The notes: generated from the letters alone by a model not told the origin. A stretch of 64,000 nucleotides of DNA from an uncultured Lachnospiraceae bacterium (GCA_900549995.1 URQQ01000021.1:1005-65004); one strand, 5' to 3'. Positions 36,780 through 46,347 are shown, counted from the stretch's first letter. A program made the numbers and translations.

Positions 36780-37786
36780 AACCAGGAGAATTTGTAACAG
36801 ACCATCTGACACTGTTTATACTGAATATTTTCTGCATGTTTCTTCTGTCTGCCTATCTTTATGCGACAGGGAACCCGCCGCTTAATATCGCTTTTATTCT
36901 CATCGCCTGGCTGTTTATATTGGTCCTCTATTCTGCCGTCCAATATTACAACAGAAACCGGTTCTTCCAAAAAGCACAGGATGTCCTTGAAAAACTTGAC
37001 CAACGATATCTGTTCGGTGAGCTGCTGCCCCCATCCCACCGTTATGAGGACAGACTTTACAGGGAAATGATGCAGAAATCCAACAAATCTGTGATCGAGC
37101 GGATTCACGCTCTGGAAGATGCCCGGAAAGAATACCAGGAATACATTGAAAGCTGGGTTCATGAAATCAAAGCACCCATCACAAGTATCGGATTATTCTG
37201 TGAAAACAACAAAAACAAACTCACAAGAAAAATCCTTCTGGAAAATCAGCGGATTGAAAATTATGCAGATGTTGTCTTATATTATGCCCGTTCGGAAAAT
37301 GTCCATAAAGACTACCTGATTACAGAAACTGACCTGAACCAGATTGTGCTTCTTTCGATTGCAAAAAATAAACAATATCTGATCCAGAACCAGGTACAGA
37401 TTGAAGTTGACTGCAGCCACCATGCATTTACAGATGGAAAATGGATTGGCTTTATTCTGAACCAGCTTCTCCTGAACAGTATCAAATACCGCAGGGAAAC
37501 CAATGCCCTGATCCATATCTGCACCGCCCAGGAAGAGCACAGTGTTCTTCTTATAATAGAAGATAATGGGATGGGCATCCCACCGGAAGACCAGGCACGT
37601 ATTTTTGATAAAGGATTCACCGGATCAAACGGGCGGATACGTGGGCGCTCTACCGGAATGGGGCTGTATCTTTGCAAGAAACTCTGCCAGAAACTTGGAA
37701 TCTCCATCAGGGCAGAGTCAAAAGTAAATGAATATACAAAAATCATTCTGGAATTTCCCGTCAGTTCTTATCTTTCAAAATTGTAA
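36776..37786 (+). CDS. intramembrane-sensing histidine kinase (BceS-like)
   Basis: Two N-terminal TM helices joined by a very short loop ('ATGNPPLN'). H-box 'WVHEIKAPIT' and ATPase boxes 'IIEDNGMGIP', 'STGMGLYLCKKL'. ATGA overlap with the regulator gene. Confidence 0.9.
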   Translation: MKPGEFVTDHLTLFILNIFCMFLLSAYLYATGNPPLNIAFILIAWLFILVLYSAVQYYNRNRFFQKAQDVLEKLDQRYLFGELLPPSHRYEDRLYREMMQKSNKSVIERIHALEDARKEYQEYIESWVHEIKAPITSIGLFCENNKNKLTRKILLENQRIENYADVVLYYARSENVHKDYLITETDLNQIVLLSIAKNKQYLIQNQVQIEVDCSHHAFTDGKWIGFILNQLLLNSIKYRRETNALIHICTAQEEHSVLLIIEDNGMGIPPEDQARIFDKGFTGSNGRIRGRSTGMGLYLCKKLCQKLGISIRAESKVNEYTKIILEFPVSSYLSKL

Positions 37787-37862
37787 GACTGGTGTAAACG
37801 AAACTGATACTGCTTCAAAATCTTTTCTGATACGATAAGTTCAGAAAGGGAGGATAAATACA

Positions 37863-38630
37863 ATGAATGAACTCATCCGAATATGTGACATCGAAAAATA
37901 TTATGGCAGCGGGACAAATGTTACAAAAGCAGTCAACCGCGTCAGTTTCACAGTAGAAAATGGAGAATTTATGGGAATTATGGGAGCCTCTGGTTCCGGC
38001 AAGACGACACTTCTCAATATGATTTCCACCATTGACCATGTAACGTCAGGCCATATTTACTATGGTAATACCGATATTACAGAACTCTCAGAAAGCCGCC
38101 TGGCGGATTTCAGAAAAGAAAACCTTGGCTTCGTATTCCAGGATTTCAATCTGCTTGATACTCTGACGATTGAAGAGAATATTATTCTTGCAATGACACT
38201 GCATAAGAAGTCCAAAAAGGAAATCAGCCAGCGATGCCTGCAAATCATGAAACTTCTGGGAATCTACGAAATCCGGAACCAGTTCCCTTACCAGGTATCG
38301 GGAGGCCAGAAGCAGCGCTGTGCCTGTGCAAGAGCGCTCGTAAATAACCCGAAATTGATTCTTGCAGATGAACCGACCGGAGCTCTGGACTCAAAATCTG
38401 CCCAGACACTTCTTGAGACTTTCTCGAAGATGAACGAATCGATGGATGCCACAATTCTCATGGTGACCCACGATGCATTTTCTGCAAGTTACTGCCGCAG
38501 AATCTTGTTTCTGAAAGACGGAGAACTTTTTCATGAACTCAGGCGCGGGAAAAAGGATCGGAGAACTTTTTTAAACGAAATCCTCGATGTGTTATCTCTG
38601 ACAGGAGGTGAGCTCTCCCATGCTGAATAA
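37863..38630 (+). CDS. ABC transporter ATP-binding protein (BceA-like)
   Basis: Walker A 'GASGSGKTT', signature 'VSGGQKQRCACARAL', Walker B 'ILADEPTGALD'. Confidence 0.92.
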   Translation: MNELIRICDIEKYYGSGTNVTKAVNRVSFTVENGEFMGIMGASGSGKTTLLNMISTIDHVTSGHIYYGNTDITELSESRLADFRKENLGFVFQDFNLLDTLTIEENIILAMTLHKKSKKEISQRCLQIMKLLGIYEIRNQFPYQVSGGQKQRCACARALVNNPKLILADEPTGALDSKSAQTLLETFSKMNESMDATILMVTHDAFSASYCRRILFLKDGELFHELRRGKKDRRTFLNEILDVLSLTGGELSHAE

Positions 38631-40674
38631 ACTCGCATGGCGCAATGTCAGGCGTTCCGCCAGAGATTATCTTGTATTCTTCATAACCATGACCCTGGCA
38701 ACTGCACTGATGTTCGCATTTAACAGTATGATCTTCTCAAAAGATGTCCTGAAACTGTTCGAGATGGCAGAACTCATGGCCATACTGGTCGGTATGGCAA
38801 CTTTCTTTGTTGTACTGATCCTCGCATGGCTGATCAATTATATGGTCCGTTTTATGCTGGAAAAAAGAAGCCGTGAATTTGGAATCTACATGTTGATCGG
38901 CATGAAGAAAAAACAGATTTCCCGCCTTTATATGCGCGAAAATCTTCTGCTCGGATGCGGGGCATTTGTCATTGGCCTTGGAGCCGGCATCTTCCTGCAG
39001 CAGATTTTGATGACAATTTTCTACCAGCTGCTTCATTTTGATTACCACATCCGAATTGACCTTAACCGTTACTGTCTGCTCACAACACTTGGATGTTATG
39101 GTCTCTGTTATCTTCTTGCCCTGCTTCGGAGCCACCGGAGATTCAAAAAGATGAATATCTATAACCTGATGAACGCCCAGAAACAAAACGAACAGATACG
39201 TGAGAAACATGAAAACGCAAAACAATGGCTTCTCCCATTCTCTCTGCTCATCTTCGCAGGATTTGGAATTTATGTTTTTATCGGAAACTGGAGCACTTTG
39301 ACCGTACTTTTATTCATCATAGGAATCATACTGGCTGTGTATACTTTTTACACCGGACTTTCTGCCTGTATCGTCTGCTACGTCAGAAAACACGGGAACC
39401 TGATTTATAAAAACCAGAATCTTTTTTTATTCAGGCAGCTTTCTTCGAAGATAAAAACGATGAGTTTTACAATGGGGACTCTGACTTCCCTTTTCACCAT
39501 TGCTCTCCTTGGATGTACGATCGCTTTTATGTTCAACGATTTCCAGAACAAAATGCTGGAAAATAAATTTCCATTTGACACTATTATCTACAGCAGCAAC
39601 GCCGAAGATGATTTTCAAAAAGAGCGGGAAACCATTGAACAAAGCACTTCCGTCAAAGATGAATATATCTATCGCATCTACACCGACCAGACTGCCCAGG
39701 TAAATGAATGGCTCTACACGAATCTGGAGCAGTTCGGGGATTGTTACCGCACAAAAGACGGAAAGCCAGATCGAAAAAAGATAAAAAAAGAGGGCTACGA
39801 ATACTGTACGTATGATACTTACATGAAGCTTGGCGACTATAACCACCTTCGAAAAATGCTGGGCTTCCCGGAAATCTCTTTGCCGGAAGATGGATATGCC
39901 ATCCAGATAAAAGAGAGAGTGAAGAAACAGGCCGCCGGCCTGGAAAAAGCATTGGAAGTAACCGGCACCAACGGTTCCCTTACCTTCAGCGGATATTATA
40001 CAGATAACTTTTCCCAGGACGGGCACAACGGCGGGGATTACGTTATCATTGTCCCTGACAGCGCCATCGAACGTCTTTTTCCTTATTACTCCCTCATGGC
40101 AGTAGATTTAAAAGGGGATGCCCCTGAGGATCTCCAAATCAAACTGGATGCTCTGGAAACAGACAAGGAAAACCGGGATTTTGCAGGCCATTCCATGATG
40201 GGGAGCAATTCCTGCAGCGGATCCGAGACAATGATTGTCTACAATTCCAAAATTCTCGTGCGTGACAACCTGATCCCTGAAGTAAAATTCATTCTCGCCT
40301 CTGTCATTTTCCCCCTGTTTTATATCGGCCTTGTATTCGTAAGCGTGGCGCTCACTGTCCTTTCGGTTCAGCAGTTAAGCGATTCTGCAAAATATAAGTT
40401 CCGCTATAACGTATTGAAAAAAATAGGGTACAATAAACGGCAGATTTCCAGGATGATTCAGAAACAACTCATGCTCTATTATCTCTGCCCCGTCATCGTC
40501 GCAGTTATCGTAAGCGGAATTTGTTCTGTCTATATGAGCAGCCGGTTTATCTTTTATGCCGGAATTGCCACCAACGCTTTTCAGTATTTTTCTGCGTCGC
40601 TGCTCATTTTTGTCGGGATTTACCTTCTCTACTACCTGACAACATATATTGGGTTCGTAAGAAATGTAAATTAG
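38620..40674 (+). CDS. FtsX-family ABC transporter permease with large extracellular domain (BceB-like)
   Basis: About 684 aa. 'LAWRNVRRSARDY' N-terminus, about 10 TM segments, and a ~200-aa hydrophilic loop before the last FtsX repeat. Start at ATG 38620, overlapping the ATPase stop. Confidence 0.88.
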   Translation: MLNKLAWRNVRRSARDYLVFFITMTLATALMFAFNSMIFSKDVLKLFEMAELMAILVGMATFFVVLILAWLINYMVRFMLEKRSREFGIYMLIGMKKKQISRLYMRENLLLGCGAFVIGLGAGIFLQQILMTIFYQLLHFDYHIRIDLNRYCLLTTLGCYGLCYLLALLRSHRRFKKMNIYNLMNAQKQNEQIREKHENAKQWLLPFSLLIFAGFGIYVFIGNWSTLTVLLFIIGIILAVYTFYTGLSACIVCYVRKHGNLIYKNQNLFLFRQLSSKIKTMSFTMGTLTSLFTIALLGCTIAFMFNDFQNKMLENKFPFDTIIYSSNAEDDFQKERETIEQSTSVKDEYIYRIYTDQTAQVNEWLYTNLEQFGDCYRTKDGKPDRKKIKKEGYEYCTYDTYMKLGDYNHLRKMLGFPEISLPEDGYAIQIKERVKKQAAGLEKALEVTGTNGSLTFSGYYTDNFSQDGHNGGDYVIIVPDSAIERLFPYYSLMAVDLKGDAPEDLQIKLDALETDKENRDFAGHSMMGSNSCSGSETMIVYNSKILVRDNLIPEVKFILASVIFPLFYIGLVFVSVALTVLSVQQLSDSAKYKFRYNVLKKIGYNKRQISRMIQKQLMLYYLCPVIVAVIVSGICSVYMSSRFIFYAGIATNAFQYFSASLLIFVGIYLLYYLTTYIGFVRNVN

Positions 40675-40739
40675 AGCGTATTTGAAAATTGCTTTTCATC
40701 AAATATGTATCACTTTTTGTGAATGATTTGGACATGAAA

Positions 40740-40789
40740 ATACCTCCTAAGCAGATTTTAGTTCTTTACTTTGTCTGCTTAAGAGGTAT
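40740..40789. terminator. bidirectional stem-loop between convergent genes
   Basis: ~16-bp stem ATACCTCCTAAGCAGA / TCTGCTTAAGAGGTAT (one mismatch) with an 18-nt T-rich loop. Confidence 0.55.
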
Positions 40790-40819
40790 CTTATTACTTT
40801 CGTCTGCGGCTAAAACTTT

Positions 40820-42229
40820 CTATTTCAGATATCTTCTGGCTTTCTTTTCCCCCTCTTCTGCCAAAAGGCCTTTTATCACCATCTCTTTTAAAAAACGCTT
40901 CACTGTTGATTCTGCTAAACCTAAAAGTTCCCTTGCTTCTTTATTTGTAATACTTCCATTTTTCTCAACAAAAGCTAATACAGCTTCTTCTCTAACGGCT
41001 TTTATCGGCCTTTTGTAATCATTTATCGGTTTTTCACATATTTTTATCGGTTTTTTATCGGTTTTCCGATATAAAACAACCCTGAACGTATCTCCAATCT
41101 CCAGGAATTCTGGCTCTGGCAAGCCATATTCCTCTGCCCGTTTTATAATCCTTTGGATCCCAGTTCCCCATTCTTCTATAATCTCCATCCGGCTGAAAAT
41201 TTCTGCAACAGCGCAGTTCCGAATCTTAGATCTTCCACTCACAGCTTCTTCTAATGTCAGGCCGCCATATAACATTCCTGGTGAAGTCACTTCCACTCTA
41301 TCGTCATATACCGCTACCTGCACACAAGAGTTGTCCATATAATTCCGATGGCATACTGCGTTCACGATCATTTCACGAATAGCCCCGATCGGCAGTTCAT
41401 AAGACTCTTTTCTCACAATTCCTTCAATCTCTGCCCCCAGATTAATATGACGTAATACGAATTGATATGCATTCTCTATCTGCTCATAGAGCGGTCCTGA
41501 GTATTCTTTCTTATCAATGAAAATATCTCTTTCCACACCCTTAAATAAAGCACATTGAATCCTGGAAAATTTAAAATACTCACTCGTCAACAATACAAAT
41601 GCATTTGTAGCCAGCAATTCTCCCTCAACCATTTTTAACACTTTCCAATTCAGCAGCTGTTCGGTGGAAACTGCCTTAATCTCTTTTACATCTTCTGCCC
41701 CAACTGCCTCTGACATATACAGTTTTATATCATTACACAGTTTTGAAACTGCTTCTTTGATCACCGGATATCCTATACAAGTTAATTCATCCCATGATAG
41801 ATTAGCACCCTCCATCTCCAACTCTTTTATCCTTACTTTATCAGCCAGGCGTGAAGTACCGCCAACTCTGATATATGTTCCTGTATCTTTCCCCTTACTT
41901 TTAAGATAATACGGTCTGTTAGCGCCTGGATATATTTCCACAACTACTACACATTTATTATCAATTGTCTGAAATGTTATATCCGGCACAATCTGCGGTT
42001 CACAACAGTCAGACACTGCATTTGCAATACTATCCATGATCTGAAATACTGACTTTTCATCCACTCCGACCACCTTCCTGGTCTTGTCATCCACTCCTAT
42101 GATAAGTTTTCCCCCACTGGCATTAGAAAATGCAATCACAGATTTTGTATACTTGTCACTTTTCTTCGGAAGCTCCATCTTAAACTCCACATTCTTCGAT
42201 TCACCCATTATAATTTCCGGTAAAGTCAT
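40820..42229 (-). CDS. AlbA_2 (Schlafen-like) + HATPase_c_4 + wHTH putative DNA-binding protein ('RecG-like' annotation class)
   Basis: N-terminus 'GESKNVEFKMELP...SVIAFSNASGGKLIIGVDD' (AlbA_2), central 'REMIVNAVCHRNY' (HATPase_c_4-like), C-terminal wHTH. Start at ATG 42229 behind AAAGGAGGG. Confidence 0.8.
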   Translation of the reverse strand: MTLPEIIMGESKNVEFKMELPKKSDKYTKSVIAFSNASGGKLIIGVDDKTRKVVGVDEKSVFQIMDSIANAVSDCCEPQIVPDITFQTIDNKCVVVVEIYPGANRPYYLKSKGKDTGTYIRVGGTSRLADKVRIKELEMEGANLSWDELTCIGYPVIKEAVSKLCNDIKLYMSEAVGAEDVKEIKAVSTEQLLNWKVLKMVEGELLATNAFVLLTSEYFKFSRIQCALFKGVERDIFIDKKEYSGPLYEQIENAYQFVLRHINLGAEIEGIVRKESYELPIGAIREMIVNAVCHRNYMDNSCVQVAVYDDRVEVTSPGMLYGGLTLEEAVSGRSKIRNCAVAEIFSRMEIIEEWGTGIQRIIKRAEEYGLPEPEFLEIGDTFRVVLYRKTDKKPIKICEKPINDYKRPIKAVREEAVLAFVEKNGSITNKEARELLGLAESTVKRFLKEMVIKGLLAEEGEKKARRYLK

Positions 42230-42283
42230 GGTTCCCTCCTTTCTGTCTATCATGGGCTTTTACACTTTCTTTTATTCCCACCA

Positions 42284-42538
42284 TCACGAAACCAGATTCT
42301 TATATATTTCCCCCGGATCTGCATCTGGCCGCTCTTTCACCAATATATAAATCGGCTCAATTACTTCAGCTGCTTCCTCTAATTCATCTGCTGTAACTTC
42401 CAGCGATTTTCCCTTTTTTATCTTCCTCTGCACCATTTTAATTATTTTCAGTATCTCGCCTTCTCGTTTTCCTTCCTGTTTTCCTTCCTCCCGAATATAA
42501 ATTTTTTCTTCCCACAGCTGCATATATTTCACTCCCAT
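42284..42538 (-). CDS. small hypothetical protein resembling the C-terminal tail of Rpn/YhgA-like (PD-(D/E)XK 'putative transposase') proteins
   Basis: 84 aa. 'EEGKQEGKREGEILKIIKMVQRKIKKGKSLEVTADELE' resembles the EGxxEG repeat plus helix tail of that family (from memory). It could be a remnant. Confidence 0.35.
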   Translation of the reverse strand: MGVKYMQLWEEKIYIREEGKQEGKREGEILKIIKMVQRKIKKGKSLEVTADELEEAAEVIEPIYILVKERPDADPGEIYKNLVS

Positions 42539-42810
42539 CTCTTCACTTTCCTTTATCTTGCTGACTCGCTCATGGATTTATCTACTACCTCCATTTTATC
42601 CGGTATGTACCGTAACTTCAACTTCTTTAGATAAAAATACAATCCCCTGGACTATTAGACCGGCAATAGGCATCATTCCTTCCATATATAATTTTAAATT
42701 CTTCACAATTGATAATCTGGCAGAAGCGCCATGAAAAGATAAATGGAACGGAACGTTCCATGAAACAAATTTATTGTAACACATAGATTTATCTTATACA
42801 AGAGCATGAT

Positions 42811-42855
42811 AAAGAGTGCCACACCAGCTGACTTTTCGCTGATGCGGCACTCTTT
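42811..42855 (-). terminator. stem-loop after the glycyl-radical enzyme gene
   Basis: 10-bp perfect stem AAAGAGTGCC / GGCACTCTTT enclosing a 25-nt loop with an inner 4-bp stem. Only a short T-run follows on the minus strand. Confidence 0.45.
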
Positions 42856-42862
42856 TTGTTCC

Positions 42863-45238
42863 TTAATTAAAGCTTTGTTCTGTTCTCTCTATAATCTCAT
42901 CCTGCAGTGCTTTGCTGAGATTGCGGAAGTGATCGCTGTATCCTGCGACACGCACAATCAGATCTTTATAATCTTCCGGGTGTTTCTGCGCATTGATCAA
43001 TGTCTCTTTATCAATGACGTTGAACTGAATATGATGTCCATCCATGTTAAAATATGTTCTCACAAGATTCGACATTTGTTCCAGTCCCTCTTCTCCCTGC
43101 ACAACACTTGGCGTAAATTTCTGATTCAGAAGTGTTCCTCCTGTCTGCAGGTGATCCATCTTGGAAGCTGATTTAACCACTGCTGTCGGTCCATTGACAT
43201 CTGCGCCCTTCTCTGGAGAAATACCTTCTGACACTGGTTTGTGAGCCAGACGCCCATTCGGGCTTGCCATCATAACTTCTCCGAAATAGACATGGCAGGT
43301 CGTAGGAAGCATGTTGATCCGGTAAGTACCGCCTTTCATATTCGGGCGTCCCGTCACAGACTTTCTGTAGAATTCGAAAAGTTCTTTCATAATACTGTCA
43401 GCATATGGATCGTCATTTCCGTATTTCGGAGTTTTGTTGCGCACAAGATTTAAAATTCTCTCATGACCTTCAAAGTTATCCAAGATTGCCTGCATCATCT
43501 CTTCCATCGTAAACTTCTTTTCTTCGAATACGTTGTATTTCAGCGATGCCATACAGTCCGTGATTGTTCCGATTCCTACGCCCTGAATATAGTTTGTATT
43601 ATAGCGGGCGCCGCCTGCATTGTAGTCTTTCCCCCTCTTGATACAGTCATTTGTAATGATGGAGAGGAACGGCACTGGCATGTATTCTGCGTAAATCCGT
43701 TCGATCACGTTGCTGCCCTGTATTTTGATATCGAGGAAATACTCGATCTGCTTTTTATATGCTGCTAACAGTTCCTCATATGATTTAAAATCTACCGCAT
43801 TACCAAGCTGCAATCCAAGCTGTCTGTCAGCTACTTTGTCATAGCCATTCGTAAGTGTCAGTTCCAGAATCTTAGGAAGATTAAAGTATCCTGTCAGAAT
43901 GTATGCTTCATTGCCAAATGCACCTGTCTCAACACATCCGCTTGTACCGCCGCGTCTTGCGTCTTCCAGTGATTTTCCTGCATTGAGAAGTTCCTGCACG
44001 ATCGCGTCTGTATTATAGAATGCCGGCTGTCCCCAGCCTTTTCTTGAAATCTCACACGCGCGTTTCAGGAATTTCTGAGGGGTCTTTCTGCTGATCTGCA
44101 CATTTGAGCTTGGCTGGAGCAGTTTCATCTCATCCATACAGTCAAGAATCAGGTAGCTTACATTGTTCACTCCATTTTGTCCGTCTGGTGTGATTCCTCC
44201 TGTATTCAGATTTGCGAAATCTGTGTATGTACTGCTCTCTTTTAATGTAATTCCTACTTTCGGAGGTGCCGGCTGATTGTTGAATTTCACCCACAGGCAC
44301 TCCAGAAGTTCCAGTGCTTTCTCATCATCAAGTACTCCATTTTTCACATCTTCGCAGTAAAATGGATTCAAATGCTGGTCTAATCGTCCCGGGCTGTACG
44401 CATCCCACGGATTCAGCTCACTCGTCACACTTAAATGTACGAACCAGTATGTCTGGATTGCCTGCCAGAATGTCTGTGGTTTATGCGCCGGAACGGCATC
44501 GCAGTTGGCCGCGATCTGAAGCAGTTCTTCTTTCCGCTTTGCATCCGTTTCTTTCTCTGCCAGTTCTCTTGCATAATCCGCATAACGTTTGCCAAGAATC
44601 ATCACTGCATCACATGCGATTTTCATTGCATTTAACTGATTCTTCTTATCCAGTGCCTCCGGATCATGCATATAATCAAGCTGGTTCAGCGCTTCTTCAA
44701 TATCCTGTTTGTAATCGAGGAAACCTTTTTCGTAGATCTTAAAGGATCCTACCGTATGTCCCGGTCCTCTCTGCTCCATAAACTCTGTGAAAATTCCGCT
44801 TTCATATGCCGCCTTCCACTCTGGTGTCATATTGTCCAGAATTTTTTTACGGATGGAACGGTTCTCCCAGTATGGAATAATTGTCTCCTCCTGGAATCCA
44901 TAATCCTCTTCTTTTACCTTGAAGTTGATAAGCTCCCTGTCATTCATGACATGCATATCCTGAATTGTATGGCAGCAAAGTTCGGGAAATGTTGGAGATG
45001 CCTGTGGAGAATCTCCCTTTTCGCCGACGATGAGTTCCCCCTCTCCTATGTAAAGTGTTTTGTATGAAAAATAGTCTTTCAATACAAGTGCGCGCAGTTC
45101 CGGAATCGAAACAGTACCTTCATATTTTTTATAAGTCTCAGTCTCAATTCTTGCCCTTTCCATGTCGATATGGGCCGGGGTATCCAGGCTCTGCTGCCTC
45201 AGTTTCTTAATACGGTCGTTCATTCCTCTTCCTTCCAT
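42863..45238 (-). CDS. glycyl-radical enzyme of the dehydratase/eliminase class, probably trans-4-hydroxy-L-proline dehydratase type
   Basis: 791 aa. C-terminal glycyl-radical motif 'IVRVAGYSDHF' and thiyl loop 'GGTSGCVETG' (Cys-x-Glu of 1,2-eliminating GREs). The size and several blocks ('WVKFNNQPAPPKVGITLKESSTYTDFANLNTGG') match my recollection of HypD. This is not verified. Confidence 0.85.
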   Translation of the reverse strand: MEGRGMNDRIKKLRQQSLDTPAHIDMERARIETETYKKYEGTVSIPELRALVLKDYFSYKTLYIGEGELIVGEKGDSPQASPTFPELCCHTIQDMHVMNDRELINFKVKEEDYGFQEETIIPYWENRSIRKKILDNMTPEWKAAYESGIFTEFMEQRGPGHTVGSFKIYEKGFLDYKQDIEEALNQLDYMHDPEALDKKNQLNAMKIACDAVMILGKRYADYARELAEKETDAKRKEELLQIAANCDAVPAHKPQTFWQAIQTYWFVHLSVTSELNPWDAYSPGRLDQHLNPFYCEDVKNGVLDDEKALELLECLWVKFNNQPAPPKVGITLKESSTYTDFANLNTGGITPDGQNGVNNVSYLILDCMDEMKLLQPSSNVQISRKTPQKFLKRACEISRKGWGQPAFYNTDAIVQELLNAGKSLEDARRGGTSGCVETGAFGNEAYILTGYFNLPKILELTLTNGYDKVADRQLGLQLGNAVDFKSYEELLAAYKKQIEYFLDIKIQGSNVIERIYAEYMPVPFLSIITNDCIKRGKDYNAGGARYNTNYIQGVGIGTITDCMASLKYNVFEEKKFTMEEMMQAILDNFEGHERILNLVRNKTPKYGNDDPYADSIMKELFEFYRKSVTGRPNMKGGTYRINMLPTTCHVYFGEVMMASPNGRLAHKPVSEGISPEKGADVNGPTAVVKSASKMDHLQTGGTLLNQKFTPSVVQGEEGLEQMSNLVRTYFNMDGHHIQFNVIDKETLINAQKHPEDYKDLIVRVAGYSDHFRNLSKALQDEIIERTEQSFN

Positions 45239-45243
45239 TTTTA

Positions 45244-46152
45244 CTAACCTCCTATTTTTGTATTCCGAAATCCTGCTTTCTGGAATAGTTTTACGAATTG
45301 TTCCATCTCTTCCTGCTCTGGTGCATGAAGCTTTACTCCCTTATAGCTTTCACCGAGTTTATCATATTTACCTGCCCCGGTATTGTGATATGGAAGCAGA
45401 TTGACCTGAACAGCGTTGATATGCTTTTCTGTCAGATAATCAATGATCTGCTGCATACTTTCTGCACTGCCGTTCACTTCCCTGATCGTTGGAATGCGCA
45501 CATATATCCTCGCACCTGCCTCACTTAATCTTTCCAGATTCCCAAGAATCAGCTTGTTATCCACGCCGATATACTGCCTGTGCAGCTCTGGATCCATTGT
45601 TTTGATATCATATAAAAATGTATCTACATAGGGAAGTATTCTGGCAAAATTTTCATAAGGCGCATAGCCACACGTATCAATAGTTACCGTGATTCCCGCT
45701 TTATAAAATTTCTTTACAAGCTCTTCCACATAATCCATATCCATCGTCATCACTTCACCGCCGGATAATGTAACCCCTCCGCCGGATTCCTCATAGAACA
45801 TCTCATCCTTTTTCACCTGAGCGAGAAGCTCCTCCGTGCTATATTCTTCTCCTGCGATCTCCCTCAGATTCAGCATACAGTAATCAATACATGTTCCGCA
45901 TCTGTCACATCTATCCGGATCCGTCTCCACTTTCCCGTCTGCTTTATGGATTGCCCCGCTTGGGCATGCCTTTCTGCAGCTTTGGCATCCGGCACACCGC
46001 TCTTTATCATACATGACCTGTCTGTCATAGTTTTGTGTCTCAGGATTATGGCACCACACACAGTGCAATGGACAGCCCTTAAAAAATATCGTTGTCCTGA
46101 TACCATCTCCATCGTGAATTGAGTATTTCTGAATGCTTGTTATCAGCGGCAC
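45244..46152 (-). CDS. glycyl-radical enzyme activating radical-SAM enzyme
   Basis: 302 aa. 'CPLHCVWCHN' plus two ferredoxin-like clusters ('CAGCQSCRKACP', 'CDRCGTCIDYC'). GTG start 6 nt after GGAGGG. Confidence 0.9.
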   Translation of the reverse strand: MPLITSIQKYSIHDGDGIRTTIFFKGCPLHCVWCHNPETQNYDRQVMYDKERCAGCQSCRKACPSGAIHKADGKVETDPDRCDRCGTCIDYCMLNLREIAGEEYSTEELLAQVKKDEMFYEESGGGVTLSGGEVMTMDMDYVEELVKKFYKAGITVTIDTCGYAPYENFARILPYVDTFLYDIKTMDPELHRQYIGVDNKLILGNLERLSEAGARIYVRIPTIREVNGSAESMQQIIDYLTEKHINAVQVNLLPYHNTGAGKYDKLGESYKGVKLHAPEQEEMEQFVKLFQKAGFRNTKIGG

Positions 46153-46310
46153 AATATCCCTCCTTTCATTTTAGACCATAGTTTGTACTTTAGTCTAATA
46201 ATAACAATTTCCCGTTTGCTCGTCAAGATTTTATCAATTATTTTCTATGCTTTTTGCTAAAGTTTTCATGTAATTATCACTTCTTTTTAGCAGTTTATTC
46301 TATAAATATC

Positions 46311-46347
46311 AAAATGCGGAGAGAGTTTTCTGCTCTATCCGCATTTT
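46311..46347 (-). terminator. intrinsic terminator after the beta-lactamase-fold/DUF302 gene
   Basis: 15-bp stem AAAATGCGGAGAGAG / CTCTATCCGCATTTT (one mismatch) with a 7-nt loop. Followed on the minus strand by a T-rich run. Confidence 0.65.

Noticed and set aside
40820-42229. AlbA_2/Schlafen-like protein as a stand-alone anti-phage defence gene
   Set aside because: This architecture is ubiquitous in gut Firmicutes and Bacteroidetes outside defence islands. No neighbouring RM, Abi, TA or nuclease genes are present here, so there is no positive evidence.
42596-42784. 62-aa minus-strand ORF between the GRE terminator and the Rpn-tail-like mini-gene
   Set aside because: It has no RBS and a hydrophobic junk-like sequence, and it spans the palindromic site. 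It is more likely non-coding or decayed sequence.
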